A program made the position numbers and the translations under genes. The notes under the pieces were generated by a model that made no database searches, was not told the origin of the DNA, and was given only the letters and a program-made list of their open reading frames with translations. A stretch of DNA of 64,000 nucleotides, from the NCBI GenBank assembly GCA_040400605.1, contig JBBAPZ010000004.1, positions 80,821-144,820 on the forward strand. The letters run 5' to 3'. Below are positions 16,664-27,560 of the stretch, in pieces. Origin of the DNA: Candidatus Sericytochromatia bacterium (GTDB lineage Bacteria > Cyanobacteriota > Sericytochromatia > S15B-MN24 > JAQBPE01). Each line of letters opens with the position of its first letter. The stretch's first letter is position 1.

Positions 16664-18361
16664 CTATGTACTGGGCACCAAACCCGCTTCTTCACGCATC
16701 AGACGGACCAATTCATCCGGGTTGTCCGAGTGGGCCAGCGCATCATCGGCACTGACGACGCCATTGCAATAGTGTTTGAACAGTGCCTGATTCTGACTTT
16801 GCATGCCGTCGTATTCACTGGTTTTCAGAATCAGATAGAGTGCATCCGTATTGCCTTTCAGGATGTGATTCTTGGTGTTTTCTCCCCGCGCATTGGGCGT
16901 GACCAAAAAGATTTCGAGCGATGCCACGCGTCCCGGTTTGTCTGCCCGAGGAATCAGGCGTTGCGCAACACTGGCCTTGAGGGAATTGGCCAGTTGAATG
17001 CGAACGGCGAGTTGCTCGTGGGGCGGAAATGTATTGATCAATCGATTGATGGTGCCGATCGCATCATTGGTGTGCAAGGTACTCACAACCAAATGGCCCG
17101 TCTCTGCCGCTTTTAAACCAGCCGTGATCGTTTCGGTATCCCGCATCTCACCAATCAGGATGATATCCGGCTTTTGACGCAGTGCACCACGCATGGCATT
17201 TGGCATCGACATCGTGTCAATCTCAAGTTCCCGTTGCGTAAACACCGCCTGCTTTGGCTCGTACACAAACTCGATCGGATTTTCCAGGGTGAGAACGTGA
17301 ATGCGCCGATTGGCATTGGCGAATTCCAACAAGGCCGCAAGCGAAGTCGTTTTGCCGGACCCGGTCTGACCGGTGATCAAAACCAGTCCCTGCCGTTCAA
17401 ACACGGTTTTTTTCAATACCGGCGGCAAACCCAGATTCTCGACTGGCTGGATGTGGCTGGCAATGACCCGCAACACCATGCCAACCGAGCCTTGCGCTGA
17501 ATAGATGTTGCAGCGAAAACGGCCAACACCCCGCACCGGAAAGGCCAGGTCAAAGTCGCGCAATTCCGTAAACACCTTGCGTTGCGCTTCAGACATCAAA
17601 ATGTCCGCATAATACTGCGTCATCGCGGGCGTCAAACAGGGAAAATCGTTCACTGGCGTTACCTGACCCCTCAAGACGCCACAGGGGGGATGACCGGCCT
17701 TGATGTGAATGTCTGCGCACCCCAATTCCACCAGCCGCGCCAAAACATTGAAGAACGGCACGATTCCCGCTTCTCGCTCTTGCACGGTGGGCTCGATGGG
17801 CTCATAGGGGATGACGACCGGACGGGGCAAGGGATACGCGATCGCCCACGCATCCAACTCCTCAAACACCGGCTCCGGAACGTTCGCCCCCTGTAAAACT
17901 GCTTTCACGGCAACCGCATCCAACGTGATCGTTGACTCACCATAGGGGCTGTTGCCCATATTGCGCAAAGGCTCTTTCGCAATACCTGCCCCGTGCGCCA
18001 GTACCGTGTGCGCCAACGGCATCGGCAGCATCAATTGCGCCATCGTGCACGGATTGACCAGCTCCAGGTACGCCCCGACGACCCCCTCTGTACAGCCATC
18101 GATGGCACAAGGATTTCGCTCCGTCGGAAAGTGCACGATGCAGTAGATTTGCTTGTTGCGTTTCGCCTCGTCAATAATGCGGGCAAGCGTCTCCCGACGC
18201 AAGGCGCGAAACTCAGCGTCGGAATGATTGCGCTGCAGCTTTTTCAAAAACTCACTGCGTAACCATCCCGGCATTTGTGGCAAATCGCAAAGATAATCGC
18301 GCAATGCGGTTAACTGAATCTCAGGCGGTGACTTAACCAACGTGCTCATCAAGTTCACCAA
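16664..18361 (-). CDS. pilT: PilT/PilU-family type IV pilus ATPase with ~195-aa N-terminal extension
   Basis: ADIHIKAG, GRFRCN, GQTGSGKTT, IGEMRD, AETGHLVVSTLHTN. Confidence 0.85.
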   Translation of the reverse strand: MVNLMSTLVKSPPEIQLTALRDYLCDLPQMPGWLRSEFLKKLQRNHSDAEFRALRRETLARIIDEAKRNKQIYCIVHFPTERNPCAIDGCTEGVVGAYLELVNPCTMAQLMLPMPLAHTVLAHGAGIAKEPLRNMGNSPYGESTITLDAVAVKAVLQGANVPEPVFEELDAWAIAYPLPRPVVIPYEPIEPTVQEREAGIVPFFNVLARLVELGCADIHIKAGHPPCGVLRGQVTPVNDFPCLTPAMTQYYADILMSEAQRKVFTELRDFDLAFPVRGVGRFRCNIYSAQGSVGMVLRVIASHIQPVENLGLPPVLKKTVFERQGLVLITGQTGSGKTTSLAALLEFANANRRIHVLTLENPIEFVYEPKQAVFTQRELEIDTMSMPNAMRGALRQKPDIILIGEMRDTETITAGLKAAETGHLVVSTLHTNDAIGTINRLINTFPPHEQLAVRIQLANSLKASVAQRLIPRADKPGRVASLEIFLVTPNARGENTKNHILKGNTDALYLILKTSEYDGMQSQNQALFKHYCNGVVSADDALAHSDNPDELVRLMREEAGLVPST

Positions 18362-18453
18362 TAATGATGTGATGCATCAAGGACTGGCCGCATCAACCAC
18401 GCTTTAAGCCCGACCACGGCGCAAGCGGCTCGTTATGAACGCATTCAAAACAC

Positions 18454-18462
18454 TGCTAGAAT
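18454..18462 (+). promoter_or_regulatory. Putative extended -10 promoter (TGCTAGAAT) upstream of rsmG
   Basis: Same nonamer as upstream of rpsO; lies in the pilT/rsmG divergent gap. Confidence 0.45.
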
Positions 18463-18613
18463 AATAAGGGCGACTCGTGCTTGACGCAAGCCAAGATATT
18501 GAAACGGTTTGCAACACAATGGACACGAACGGGTGATACGGAGCTGATTACTTGAATGTTTCCGCGGGGACTGCGTCGGTAGGCTTGGATGGGATCAACG
18601 GGGAGAGCGCGGT

Positions 18614-19342
18614 TTGGATAATTGGGCATGGTTTGAACAGGAAGCAAAGGGATTGGGGGTTAACCTTCCGAGTGCGGCAACAGAAGCGTTTCGTCAATTC
18701 CATGGGGCGCTGCTGACCGCCAATCAGACGATGAATCTGACGCGCATCGTTTCGGAGCGGGACGCCATCATCAAACATTACCTCGATGCGTTGTCCTTCT
18801 TGACACTGGTCCCTGCAACACTGAACGCGCAGGCGTCACGTCTGCTGGACCTCGGCACGGGTGCGGGTATTCCCGGCATTCCACTTCTCATTGCGCGGCC
18901 GCACTGGACGGGTGTGTTGGTTGATGCGGTCGGGAAAAAGGTTGCATTTGTCAACGATTGCCTGACGCAACTGTCGCTGCGTGAAAGCATCGCTATCCAG
19001 GAACGCTCCGAGGTGTTGGGCCATCACGCAGCGCATCGCGAACGATACGATCTGGTTGTGGCCCGTGCCGTGGCGGCGACGCCGGAGTTGATCGAACTCA
19101 CCGTGCCTTTTTTAAAAGTGGGCGGATGTTTGATCATCTCCAAAGGACAAAAAGGTGCGGAAGAATTGCAGGCTGCGCAAAAAGCCATCACCGTGCTGGG
19201 TGCTGAAGTGGATCACCACATCGCATTGGAATTGCCGGATGGACTGGGGCAACGTCATCTGACGCGCATCATCAAACGTCACACCACACCCCGGCACTAT
19301 CCGCGCAGCGTTGGACTGCCCCATCGCAAACCCCTCCAATAA
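18614..19342 (+). CDS. rsmG: 16S rRNA (guanine527-N7)-methyltransferase
   Basis: NLTRI, KHYLDAL, DLGTGAGIPGIPL, VARAVA, YPR..G.P..KPL. Confidence 0.95.
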   Translation: MDNWAWFEQEAKGLGVNLPSAATEAFRQFHGALLTANQTMNLTRIVSERDAIIKHYLDALSFLTLVPATLNAQASRLLDLGTGAGIPGIPLLIARPHWTGVLVDAVGKKVAFVNDCLTQLSLRESIAIQERSEVLGHHAAHRERYDLVVARAVAATPELIELTVPFLKVGGCLIISKGQKGAEELQAAQKAITVLGAEVDHHIALELPDGLGQRHLTRIIKRHTTPRHYPRSVGLPHRKPLQ

Positions 19343-19480
19343 TTTTGATAAGTTTGGGTCAAACGGTTATGTTCACGACGATGCGGGTATGAAGAAAACA
19401 GAACAGGCTAAGGCGCACCCCAGGGGGATTGTGCTGGGATTCACTAACCCAACTGCCTCCTAATCTGGAGATGGCGTTCG

Positions 19481-19873
19481 ATGAAAAATTTTGCAGTGGT
19501 TCAAGAGCACTTTCGGAAATTGCGTTGCGCGCACTGCCAGTCGGCATTCACTCCCGACGGAGTCAAGCTGTTGCGAGAGGAAAAAGATTACTGGGTCGTC
19601 CGTGTACACTGCACGGCGTGTCAACAGCCTGCTGGGGTGGCTATCGTCGGCGTCGAATATGAAGCCCGGGATGAGGCCCGTTTGGAGAAGCCGGTTCGAG
19701 AGGTTGCACCGGCCAACCGGACGCGCTGCGTGTTCTCCTCACGGAAGGAAGAAGAGCGCTTTTCCAGCCTCCCGCCCATTTCAGCCGATGACCTGTTAAA
19801 TGCCCATCGTTTTATTAGTGAACTTGGCAGCGATTGGACGCGACACCTGCCCAGTGCACGTGACAGGGCCTAA
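19481..19873 (+). CDS. Small CxxC...CxxC zinc-ribbon protein, function unknown
   Basis: CAHC and CTAC pairs; C-terminal PISADDLLNAHRFI motif; RBS GGAG. Confidence 0.75.
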   Translation: MKNFAVVQEHFRKLRCAHCQSAFTPDGVKLLREEKDYWVVRVHCTACQQPAGVAIVGVEYEARDEARLEKPVREVAPANRTRCVFSSRKEEERFSSLPPISADDLLNAHRFISELGSDWTRHLPSARDRA

Positions 19874-19904
19874 GCATTTTTTTCGTCCGCTCCTTCTCCC
19901 TCCG

Positions 19905-19941
19905 CACAACACCCTCACGCCTAGTGTGTGGGGGTGTTGTG
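19905..19941 (+). terminator. 16-bp hairpin downstream of the zinc-ribbon gene (terminator or stabiliser)
   Basis: CACAACACCCTCACGC / GTGTGGGGGTGTTGTG with two G-U pairs that form only on the + strand RNA; 5-nt loop. Confidence 0.55.
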
Positions 19942-20173
19942 TTACGATGACACGTGCAAAGCGAACATTGATTGACGCCACGTTCGAAACCAACTGACCG
20001 GTGTTCGGTCGTTGACGGCGTTATCAGCAATAGCCAAGGCTACTGTGCACTGCTGCAACGCCTATTCAAAAAAATCAGCGAACAAACTGCCCGATTTGGC
20101 GGAAGCCAAGCAAATGTCTGATGTTGATGCGTGAACACGATGTGAGACAAACCGGGCGTCTGACGATCTTCGC

Positions 20174-21874
20174 CTATGTCTGACTATCTACGCTCAGGTG
20201 AACAATCTGAAGGGGTTTTCGTCGGGTTTTTTCATTGAAGAATCGCGCAAGCGCTTCGCTGATCTGCCGCCTGAGGCGCTCCGGATCCAAAGGCCCCCGC
20301 TCCATATGTGCGCTCACAACATCTAAGACACGCCACGTGCCTTCCTGAATGATGGCGTCCGTATCGGCGCCGTCAATGCAGCCACGCGTGACGATGTGAG
20401 GCCCACTCAAAATTCGGCCTGCCGCACTGACGCTCAATGCAGTGGTCACAACACCATCATTGGCCAGTTTCTGGCGTTCACGAAGCAGTGACTGGCCAAC
20501 ATCATAACGAAGTTGCCCATCGACCAGCGTCGGCTGGGATGGCACCTGTCCAATCACAGCCACGCCACTTTGCTGAACACGCAAGATGTCGCCATTGTTT
20601 ACAATTGCAATATTTTCGGCGGGAATGCCCATTGATGACGCCAACGCCGCGTGTCGAACCAGATGACGTACCTCACCGTGAATGGGGAGAAAAAAGCGTG
20701 GTCGCGTGAACGCAAGCATCATTTTTAATTCTTCTTCACTCGCGTGCCCGGACACGTGTGTACCTTGCTGCACGCTCTCATACACCACTTCAGCACCCAA
20801 CGCGAACAACTGGTTGATGATGCGTCCTACGGAGCGTTCATTTCCGGGTATTGGAATCGCAGAGATCAACACCGTATCGCCAGCTTGAACCCGAATGCCC
20901 TTGTGGTCCGTGAAGGTAATGCGGGACAAGGCAGCCAAGGGCTCACCCTGAGAACCCGTTGTCAAAATCACGACCGCTTCCGGTGGAAAATGTTTGAGTG
21001 CCTCAATCGGGATGACCAGGTCGTCGGGATGCGACAAGTATCCCAACTGTCGGGCTCTGGTGGTCACATTCAGCATGGAACGGCCTAAAAACACCACTTT
21101 CCGACCGTGGCGGCTCGCCGCGTTTAAAATCTGTTGCACGCGATGAATGTTACTCGCAAAGGTCGTGACAATAATTCGATGCTTCGCACTGACAAAAACG
21201 CGATCAAGCGCCGGTGCGACAGCAGCCTCTGAAGGCGTTATTCCCTTTTTATTGACGTTCGTGGAGTCAGACATCAATAGCAACAAGCCGTCTTCACCCA
21301 TTTCGGTCAATTTGAAATAATCGGTCAGTTCGCCATCAATCGGCGTCGGGTCGAATTTAAAATCTCCTGTGTAGAGAATGGAACCGACGGCGGTGCTAAC
21401 TTTGAAAGCCACTGCATCCGCAATCGAGTGACACACGCGAATCCCCTCGACTGTGATGTCCCCGATTTTGACTGATTCGCGGGGACGAATCACGCGCAAA
21501 GGGATTCGTCCCAATAGACCGTGCTCAGACAGCTTTCCTTCAATCAAGCTCATCGTCAAGGCCGTGGCATAGATCGGCACCGGCAACAGTTTGAGTAAAA
21601 ACGGCAATCCCCCGATATGGTCTTCGTGGCCATGACTCAAAAATATCGCACGCACATCGGTTGCGTGAGCCAGTACAAAGCTGAAGTCTGGCAGGACAAG
21701 ATCAACCCCGAACATCTCTTCACTGGGAAAGGCAAAACCACAGTCCAAGATGATGATGCCCTCTGTCGTGCGTAGACACCACATGTTCTTGCCAATCTCA
21801 CCCACACCACCCAATGGGATTAAATCCAACGCATCAGTCGGAACAGTGGGCAACGGCAAGGCTTGTTCAGTCAT
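20174..21874 (-). CDS. rnj: Ribonuclease J
   Basis: PLGGVGEIGKN, SHGHEDHIG, YTGDFKFD, TGSQGEP, HVSGHAS, PIHGE. Confidence 0.96.
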   Translation of the reverse strand: MTEQALPLPTVPTDALDLIPLGGVGEIGKNMWCLRTTEGIIILDCGFAFPSEEMFGVDLVLPDFSFVLAHATDVRAIFLSHGHEDHIGGLPFLLKLLPVPIYATALTMSLIEGKLSEHGLLGRIPLRVIRPRESVKIGDITVEGIRVCHSIADAVAFKVSTAVGSILYTGDFKFDPTPIDGELTDYFKLTEMGEDGLLLLMSDSTNVNKKGITPSEAAVAPALDRVFVSAKHRIIVTTFASNIHRVQQILNAASRHGRKVVFLGRSMLNVTTRARQLGYLSHPDDLVIPIEALKHFPPEAVVILTTGSQGEPLAALSRITFTDHKGIRVQAGDTVLISAIPIPGNERSVGRIINQLFALGAEVVYESVQQGTHVSGHASEEELKMMLAFTRPRFFLPIHGEVRHLVRHAALASSMGIPAENIAIVNNGDILRVQQSGVAVIGQVPSQPTLVDGQLRYDVGQSLLRERQKLANDGVVTTALSVSAAGRILSGPHIVTRGCIDGADTDAIIQEGTWRVLDVVSAHMERGPLDPERLRRQISEALARFFNEKTRRKPLQIVHLSVDSQT

Positions 21875-21882
21875 TGATACAA

Positions 21883-22782
21883 TCAATCCAATATTCCAGA
21901 TGATGTCAGCACGGCTTCCAACTGTGCAACGGTGGCCGGATCAAGCCCTGTCAAGGGTAATCGTACGCCACCCGTGTCGAGGCCGCGCCAACGCAAAGCG
22001 TGCTTGACCGGTGCAGGGCTTGGCGCCGAGAACAAGGCTTTGCTCAGCACGAACAGGCTATCATGGCATTTTTGCGCGAACTGGATGTCACCTTGCAACC
22101 AATGTTGCACCATCGCTTGGATCGCGCGACCGGCAATGTGGGCGCTGACGCTGATCACCCCATGACCACCCACTGCCAAAACTGGCAAGGTCAAGGGATC
22201 ATCGCCACTGTAGATCAAAAAATCAGGCGGTGTCACCAAACGGTATGCCGTCACATTCTCAAGTGACCCCGAAGAATCCTTGATGCCGGCAATATTGGCT
22301 AACGTGGCCAAACGTCCCACCGTTTCAGGACTTAGATGAACCCCGGTGCGCCCTGGGTGATTGTATAAAACAATCGGCAGATCAACGGATTCTGCGATTG
22401 CTTTAAAGTGTTCGTACAACCCACTTTGGTCCGGACGATTGTAATAGGGTGCAATGACAAGCAAGCCATCCACTTGCGCTGCCTCGGCAAGTTTGGCGAG
22501 ACGGATCGCCCCCGCTGTTGCATAGTGCCCCGTACCAGCCAAGACGACACCTTGTCCACCCAATGCCTCCACGACACCGCAAAAAAGACGCTGTTTTTCA
22601 TCGTCACTGAGCGTCGGGCTTTCGCCCGTCGTCCCACTGAGTACCACCCCGTCGGAACCGTTTGCGAGCAAATGCCGCGCCAATCTCACCGCCATCGGCA
22701 TATTGAGGGACAACGTCTCATCAAAAGGGGTGACCATCGCGGTCAACACCCGGGCACGGCGCAATTTGTCAATATTTTGCAC
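21883..22782 (-). CDS. dapA: 4-hydroxy-tetrahydrodipicolinate synthase
   Basis: TAMVTPF, GTTGESPTL, PYYN, LYNHPGRTG, GIKDSSG. Confidence 0.96.
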   Translation of the reverse strand: MQNIDKLRRARVLTAMVTPFDETLSLNMPMAVRLARHLLANGSDGVVLSGTTGESPTLSDDEKQRLFCGVVEALGGQGVVLAGTGHYATAGAIRLAKLAEAAQVDGLLVIAPYYNRPDQSGLYEHFKAIAESVDLPIVLYNHPGRTGVHLSPETVGRLATLANIAGIKDSSGSLENVTAYRLVTPPDFLIYSGDDPLTLPVLAVGGHGVISVSAHIAGRAIQAMVQHWLQGDIQFAQKCHDSLFVLSKALFSAPSPAPVKHALRWRGLDTGGVRLPLTGLDPATVAQLEAVLTSSGILD

Positions 22783-22794
22783 AGCGTGGTCTCC

Positions 22795-23829
22795 TTAGGT
22801 CAGCGATGACGTTTGGACACGCAAAAGCTGGCGCGTCAGCAACGCTTCTGCGATTTGCACCGCGTTGAGTGCCGCGCCTTTGCGCAAATTATCCGCTACA
22901 ACCCAAAAATTCAGGCCGCACGGATGCGAAACATCACCGCGTATGCGCCCCACATAAACCGGGTCGTGTCCCGCTTTTTCATAAGGACGCGGGTAAATGT
23001 GCCGAACGGGGTCGTCTTCCACCACGATACCGTCCGCGCAGGCCAAGGTTTGACGCGCCGATTCGACCGAGACGGGATGCGCGAATTCAACTGTCACCGC
23101 TTCGGAGTGACCAACCAGCACTGGGACCCGAACAGCCGTTGCGGTCAACCGAAACGCGGGTTCGTCCAAGATTTTGCGCGTCTCAAGCGTCAGTTTCATC
23201 TCTTCCTTGGTATAACCGTTATCCAGAAAGTGATCGATCGCCGGGATCAAGTTGAATGCAATGGGATGACGCACATGCTGCGGTACCGGTGATTCACCCG
23301 CCAACACGGCGGCACTTTGTGCCAACAACTCCTCCATTGCCTCCTTGCCGGCACCTGATACCGATTGATAGGTCGACACCACCACCCGTTCAATGGGCGC
23401 CAACGTCCGCAATGCGTGCAGCACCACCACCAATTGCGCTGTGGAACAATTTGGATTTGCAATGATCCCCCGATGATGCGACAGAACGTGCGCATTGACT
23501 TCAGGAACCACCAGCGGTACGTCTGATTTCAATCGAAATGCACTGCTGTTATCAATTACAACACACCCTCGCGCCACAGCATGGGGAACTAACGCCTCGC
23601 TTACGGGATTGCCTGCCGAAAACAGCGCAAGATCGCAATCACCCAGATTCTCAGGGGTTGCTTCTTCAACCGTATAAGATGCGCCACGAAACGTCATGCG
23701 CTCCCCAACCGAGCGTGCCGAAGCCAACAGTTTCAGATTTGCAACCGGAAAATCGCGCGACTCAAGCGTCTGAAGCATCGCTTGCCCAACAACACCGGTC
23801 GCCCCAACGATCGCCAGCCTCACCCCCAC
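22795..23829 (-). CDS. asd: Aspartate-semialdehyde dehydrogenase
   Basis: GATGVVG, IDNSSAFR, ANPNCST, STYQSVSGAG, DNLRKGAALN. Confidence 0.97.
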   Translation of the reverse strand: MGVRLAIVGATGVVGQAMLQTLESRDFPVANLKLLASARSVGERMTFRGASYTVEEATPENLGDCDLALFSAGNPVSEALVPHAVARGCVVIDNSSAFRLKSDVPLVVPEVNAHVLSHHRGIIANPNCSTAQLVVVLHALRTLAPIERVVVSTYQSVSGAGKEAMEELLAQSAAVLAGESPVPQHVRHPIAFNLIPAIDHFLDNGYTKEEMKLTLETRKILDEPAFRLTATAVRVPVLVGHSEAVTVEFAHPVSVESARQTLACADGIVVEDDPVRHIYPRPYEKAGHDPVYVGRIRGDVSHPCGLNFWVVADNLRKGAALNAVQIAEALLTRQLLRVQTSSLT

Positions 23830-23870
23830 GCTTGCATCCTCCTTCGCGCCCCTTGCCCCATCTCCGTGCC

Positions 23871-24698
23871 TTAGGTCCGGCTATCTTCGAACAACAGGTT
23901 TTCAAGCCCCACAATCAAGGTATTCTGCCGCATGACAGCCCGAATCGCCAAACACACACCAGGTATGTAACACGCGCGATGTGTCGCATCATGTCGCAAG
24001 GTCAACAACTGCCCCTCAGCACCAAACAAGACTTCTTGATGCGCCAACAGCCCCGGCATGCGCACACTATGAATGCGTACCCCATCCACTTGCCCGCCCC
24101 TGACACCCGCAAGCAATTCACGAGAATCAGGCAAACCGGGATTGAAGTTCTTCCGCACCTGTCCCAGCGCTTCGGCGGTGCTGAGCGCAGTGCCTGACGG
24201 CGCATCCAATTTGCGCTCGTGATGCTTCTCGATAATCTCGGCAAACTCGAAATACCGCGCAGCCTGCTTCGCAAATGCCATCAATAAGATCGCGCCGAGC
24301 GAAAAGTTGGGCGCCAAGACCCCCCCCAGTCCTGCTCGAGCACACAGGTGTGTCAAATGGGAGACTTGTTCAGCACTCAGGCCCGTGCTACCAATGACCG
24401 GCCTGACACCAAGACGAATGGCCGTTTGTGCCACTGCATAAACCGCTGCAGGGTTCGTGAAATCAACCAACACATCCGGCGACGTTCGTTGAATGGCTTC
24501 TTCCAGGTCAGCATCAACCAAGACACCGGACGAGCCGATTCCTGCCAATACGCCAGTATCTTGGCCCGCATGCCGCGGCGATACGCCCGCGACAAGCTTC
24601 AAATCCTGCGTCGTGGTCAACGCTTTGACCACTTCCAGACCCATCTTGCCTGCTGCGCCCACCAGCAAGACACGAACGGCATCAATTTGCTCAGCCAT
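23871..24698 (-). CDS. dapB: 4-hydroxy-tetrahydrodipicolinate reductase
   Basis: GAAGKMG, APNFSLG, EKHHERKLDAPSGTA. Confidence 0.96.
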   Translation of the reverse strand: MAEQIDAVRVLLVGAAGKMGLEVVKALTTTQDLKLVAGVSPRHAGQDTGVLAGIGSSGVLVDADLEEAIQRTSPDVLVDFTNPAAVYAVAQTAIRLGVRPVIGSTGLSAEQVSHLTHLCARAGLGGVLAPNFSLGAILLMAFAKQAARYFEFAEIIEKHHERKLDAPSGTALSTAEALGQVRKNFNPGLPDSRELLAGVRGGQVDGVRIHSVRMPGLLAHQEVLFGAEGQLLTLRHDATHRACYIPGVCLAIRAVMRQNTLIVGLENLLFEDSRT

Positions 24699-25191
24699 TC
24701 ACTATCCCTCGCGTGTCGGGCGCTGTGACACCCGTTGACCCCCAACCTGCCGTCCGCGCACTTGGTTCGACGGATTCGACTTCTTCAAACACGGGCTGGG
24801 TGTACCGCTCGATACACAACTGGGCGATGCGATCACCCGGCTGCACAACAAAATCATCATCGCTATGATTGAAAAGCAAAACACTGACAGGATGCCTGAA
24901 GCCTTGATCGATCAGGCCCGCACCCGCTTCGATGCCATCACGCAAACTCAATCCTGACCGAGAGTGAATGCGTCCGCGAAAACCAATGGGCAACTCAAGT
25001 GCCCACCCTGTGGCAATCAGCGCCCGCCCCCGTCGCGGTACCAATCCCGTCTCACAGGCAAACAAATCAGCCGCAACATCCCCCGCCTGCATCACGCAAG
25101 GCATAATCGCAGCCGGATGATGGCGCGCAATTCGCACAGGGACTGAATCGCCAGCGTCCACACAATCATCTGCCAACCCCATTGAAAACAC
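24691..25191 (-). CDS. dut: dUTP diphosphatase (trimeric)
   Basis: ADL, SRSGLS, GLID, GDRIAQL, R..GWGSTG; start GTG 25191 or ATG 25182. Confidence 0.88.
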   Translation of the reverse strand: MFSMGLADDCVDAGDSVPVRIARHHPAAIMPCVMQAGDVAADLFACETGLVPRRGRALIATGWALELPIGFRGRIHSRSGLSLRDGIEAGAGLIDQGFRHPVSVLLFNHSDDDFVVQPGDRIAQLCIERYTQPVFEEVESVEPSARTAGWGSTGVTAPDTRGIVNG

Positions 25192-25295
25192 GCCTCAATT
25201 CACCGTCTCACCAAAATACCATCGCAAACGCCCCCGGCGAAACCGTCTCGACCATCGCCCCAGACCGGGGGCATCGCGCACATCTTTAAGCCAGT

Positions 25296-25333
25296 AAGCA
25301 GCCGGTGCCCGTCAAAACGACCACCGGCTGCTT
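25296..25333. terminator. Hairpin downstream of pnp
   Basis: AAGCAGCCGGTG (25296) / CACCGGCTGCTT (25333), 12-bp perfect stem, 13 nt after the pnp stop. Confidence 0.6.
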
Positions 25334-25346
25334 TTCGCGGGCCGGC

Positions 25347-27560
25347 CTAGGCGCCTGCGGTAGCCAAACTGACCCCAACTGACGCAGCTTCCTCCGGTGT
25401 CACACCTTTGCGCGTTAGATTGACCCGACCTTGAGCGTCAACCTCAAGGACCTTGACCACGATCTCATCGCCAACGTTAACCTCATCCTCCACGCGTGCA
25501 ACACGGTTGGCGGCCAATTGTGAAATGTGCACAAGACCATCCTTGCCAGGGAACAACTCAACGAAGGCCCCAAAGTTTAGAATGCGGACAACCTTGCCAC
25601 GATAAACACCACCGACTTCCACCTCTCGCGTGTGACGCTCCACCCACGCACGCGCTTTGGCAGCCATCGCCGCATCCGTTGTTGTGATAGACACTATCCC
25701 AGTATCTTCGATGTCAATCTTGACCCCGGTTTCTTCCGTGATTTTCTTGATATTTTTGCCACCGGGCCCAATCAAGGCACCAATGAATTCGGGGTTGATC
25801 TTAATGGTGATAACCCTTGGTGCGTAGGGACTCAGCTCTGCACGTGCTTCACTGATCGTGGCATTCATCGTGTCAAGAATTTCCAACCGACCTCGGCGCG
25901 CTTGCTCCAAAGCCACTTGCATCACCTCGATCTCGATGCCTGCAATCTTGATGTCCATTTGTAACGCCGTGATACCGCGTTCGGTGCCCGTCACCTTAAA
26001 ATCCATGTCGCCGAGATGATCCTCAATGCCCTGAATGTCTGTCAGGATTGCCACGCGTTCACCTTCTTTGATCAAGCCCATTGCGACACCTGCCACCGGA
26101 CGTGTCAGCGGCACACCCCCGTCCAGCAAGGCGAGGGTCGAACCACACGTGCTGGCCATCGATGAACTGCCATTCGATTCCAGAACTTCCGATACCAACC
26201 GAATCGTGTACGGAAATAATTCCACAGACGGCAAAACTGGCAACAACGCCCGTTCAGCCAACGCACCGTGACCCACCTCCCGTCGACCGGCGCCACGGTT
26301 TGGTCGAACCTCTCCAACAGAATAGCCCGGGAAATTGTAATGGTGCATATAGCGACGGGTCGTTTCCGGATCAATCGTGTCAATTTTCTGCGCGTCAGAA
26401 TTAGACCCCAAGGTCAAAACCGTGCAGACCTGCGTCTGTCCCCGCTGAAACAGTCCGCTGCCGTGAGCTCGGGGGATCAACCCTGTTTCGACGTACATCG
26501 GACGGATTTCATCCAATCGCCGCCCATCAACACGTAAACCCTGCTCAGTGACCAACTTGCGGAAGACCTGCTCTTCACAAGCCTCAATCGCCCGACCCAT
26601 CTCCTTGGGGTTCAACACCAGATAGGCCCCGATGGGATGCTCGCCATCCAACGCCTGCAACCCTTGCAACAAAGACTTTTTCACCGCTTCCACATTGCTT
26701 TGGCGCGACAACTTGTCAGGGTTGCTCATGGCTTCAGCCATCCGTTCCGCACCAAGCTCACTGACGTACTGGAGCAACGCCGGACTAATCACACTGACAG
26801 GCACCTCCTGTTTCGGTTTACCCGCAACAGGAACCATCGTGTCCGTCCATTCAACCAGTTTCACAATCGCCCGGTGAGCCAGTTCCAGCGCTTCCAGTAC
26901 CTCGGCTTCGGGCAATTCATCGATGCCCGCCTCAACCATCATGACAGCGTCGCGCGTTCCAGCTACGACCAGGTCGATGTCGCTTTGCGCATCTTCTTGA
27001 TAACTCGGGTTCAATACCCATTGCCCGTTCACCCGGCCGACGCGAACACCCGCAAACGGACCCGCAAACGGTATGTCAGACAAAGTCAAGGCTATGCCAG
27101 CGCCCAGGATCCCGAGCATGTCCGGCTGGTTGACCTGATCCGACGACAAAACCGTTGCCGTCACTTGTACATCGTTGCGGAAACCATCCGGAAACAAGGG
27201 CCTGATACCGCGGTCGATCAACCGAGCGTTCAAGATTGCACCCTCGCTGGCGCGGCCCTCTCGACGCTGGAAACTGCCGGGGATCCGCCCGACCGCATAC
27301 ATTTTCTGTTCAACATCAACCAGCAGCGGAAAGAAATCAATCCCCTCACGCGGCGTGCGCGACGCTGTCGCCGTCACCAACACCACCGTGTCGCCACAAC
27401 GTACCGTGACAGCACAATTGGCCTGCTTGGCCAGTTTGCCAACTTCTATGCCAATTTCTTTGTCACCCAGATTTGTCGAAAAACGATGCACGGTGGCACC
27501 CGCCACTGGCGATTTCTGTGCACCGGATAGACCCGTCATTTGGTTTTTACTCTCTGCCAT
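25347..27560 (-). CDS. pnp: Polyribonucleotide nucleotidyltransferase (PNPase)
   Basis: [41 protein letters not shown] and S1 domains. Confidence 0.98.
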   Translation of the reverse strand: MAESKNQMTGLSGAQKSPVAGATVHRFSTNLGDKEIGIEVGKLAKQANCAVTVRCGDTVVLVTATASRTPREGIDFFPLLVDVEQKMYAVGRIPGSFQRREGRASEGAILNARLIDRGIRPLFPDGFRNDVQVTATVLSSDQVNQPDMLGILGAGIALTLSDIPFAGPFAGVRVGRVNGQWVLNPSYQEDAQSDIDLVVAGTRDAVMMVEAGIDELPEAEVLEALELAHRAIVKLVEWTDTMVPVAGKPKQEVPVSVISPALLQYVSELGAERMAEAMSNPDKLSRQSNVEAVKKSLLQGLQALDGEHPIGAYLVLNPKEMGRAIEACEEQVFRKLVTEQGLRVDGRRLDEIRPMYVETGLIPRAHGSGLFQRGQTQVCTVLTLGSNSDAQKIDTIDPETTRRYMHHYNFPGYSVGEVRPNRGAGRREVGHGALAERALLPVLPSVELFPYTIRLVSEVLESNGSSSMASTCGSTLALLDGGVPLTRPVAGVAMGLIKEGERVAILTDIQGIEDHLGDMDFKVTGTERGITALQMDIKIAGIEIEVMQVALEQARRGRLEILDTMNATISEARAELSPYAPRVITIKINPEFIGALIGPGGKNIKKITEETGVKIDIEDTGIVSITTTDAAMAAKARAWVERHTREVEVGGVYRGKVVRILNFGAFVELFPGKDGLVHISQLAANRVARVEDEVNVGDEIVVKVLEVDAQGRVNLTRKGVTPEEAASVGVSLATAGA

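Noticed and set aside
25202..25271. Short direct repeats (ACCGTCTC, ACCATCGC) and a CCCCCGG/CCGGGGG stem upstream of dut
   Set aside because: Two short copies with unequal spacing; insufficient for a repeat array or operator call
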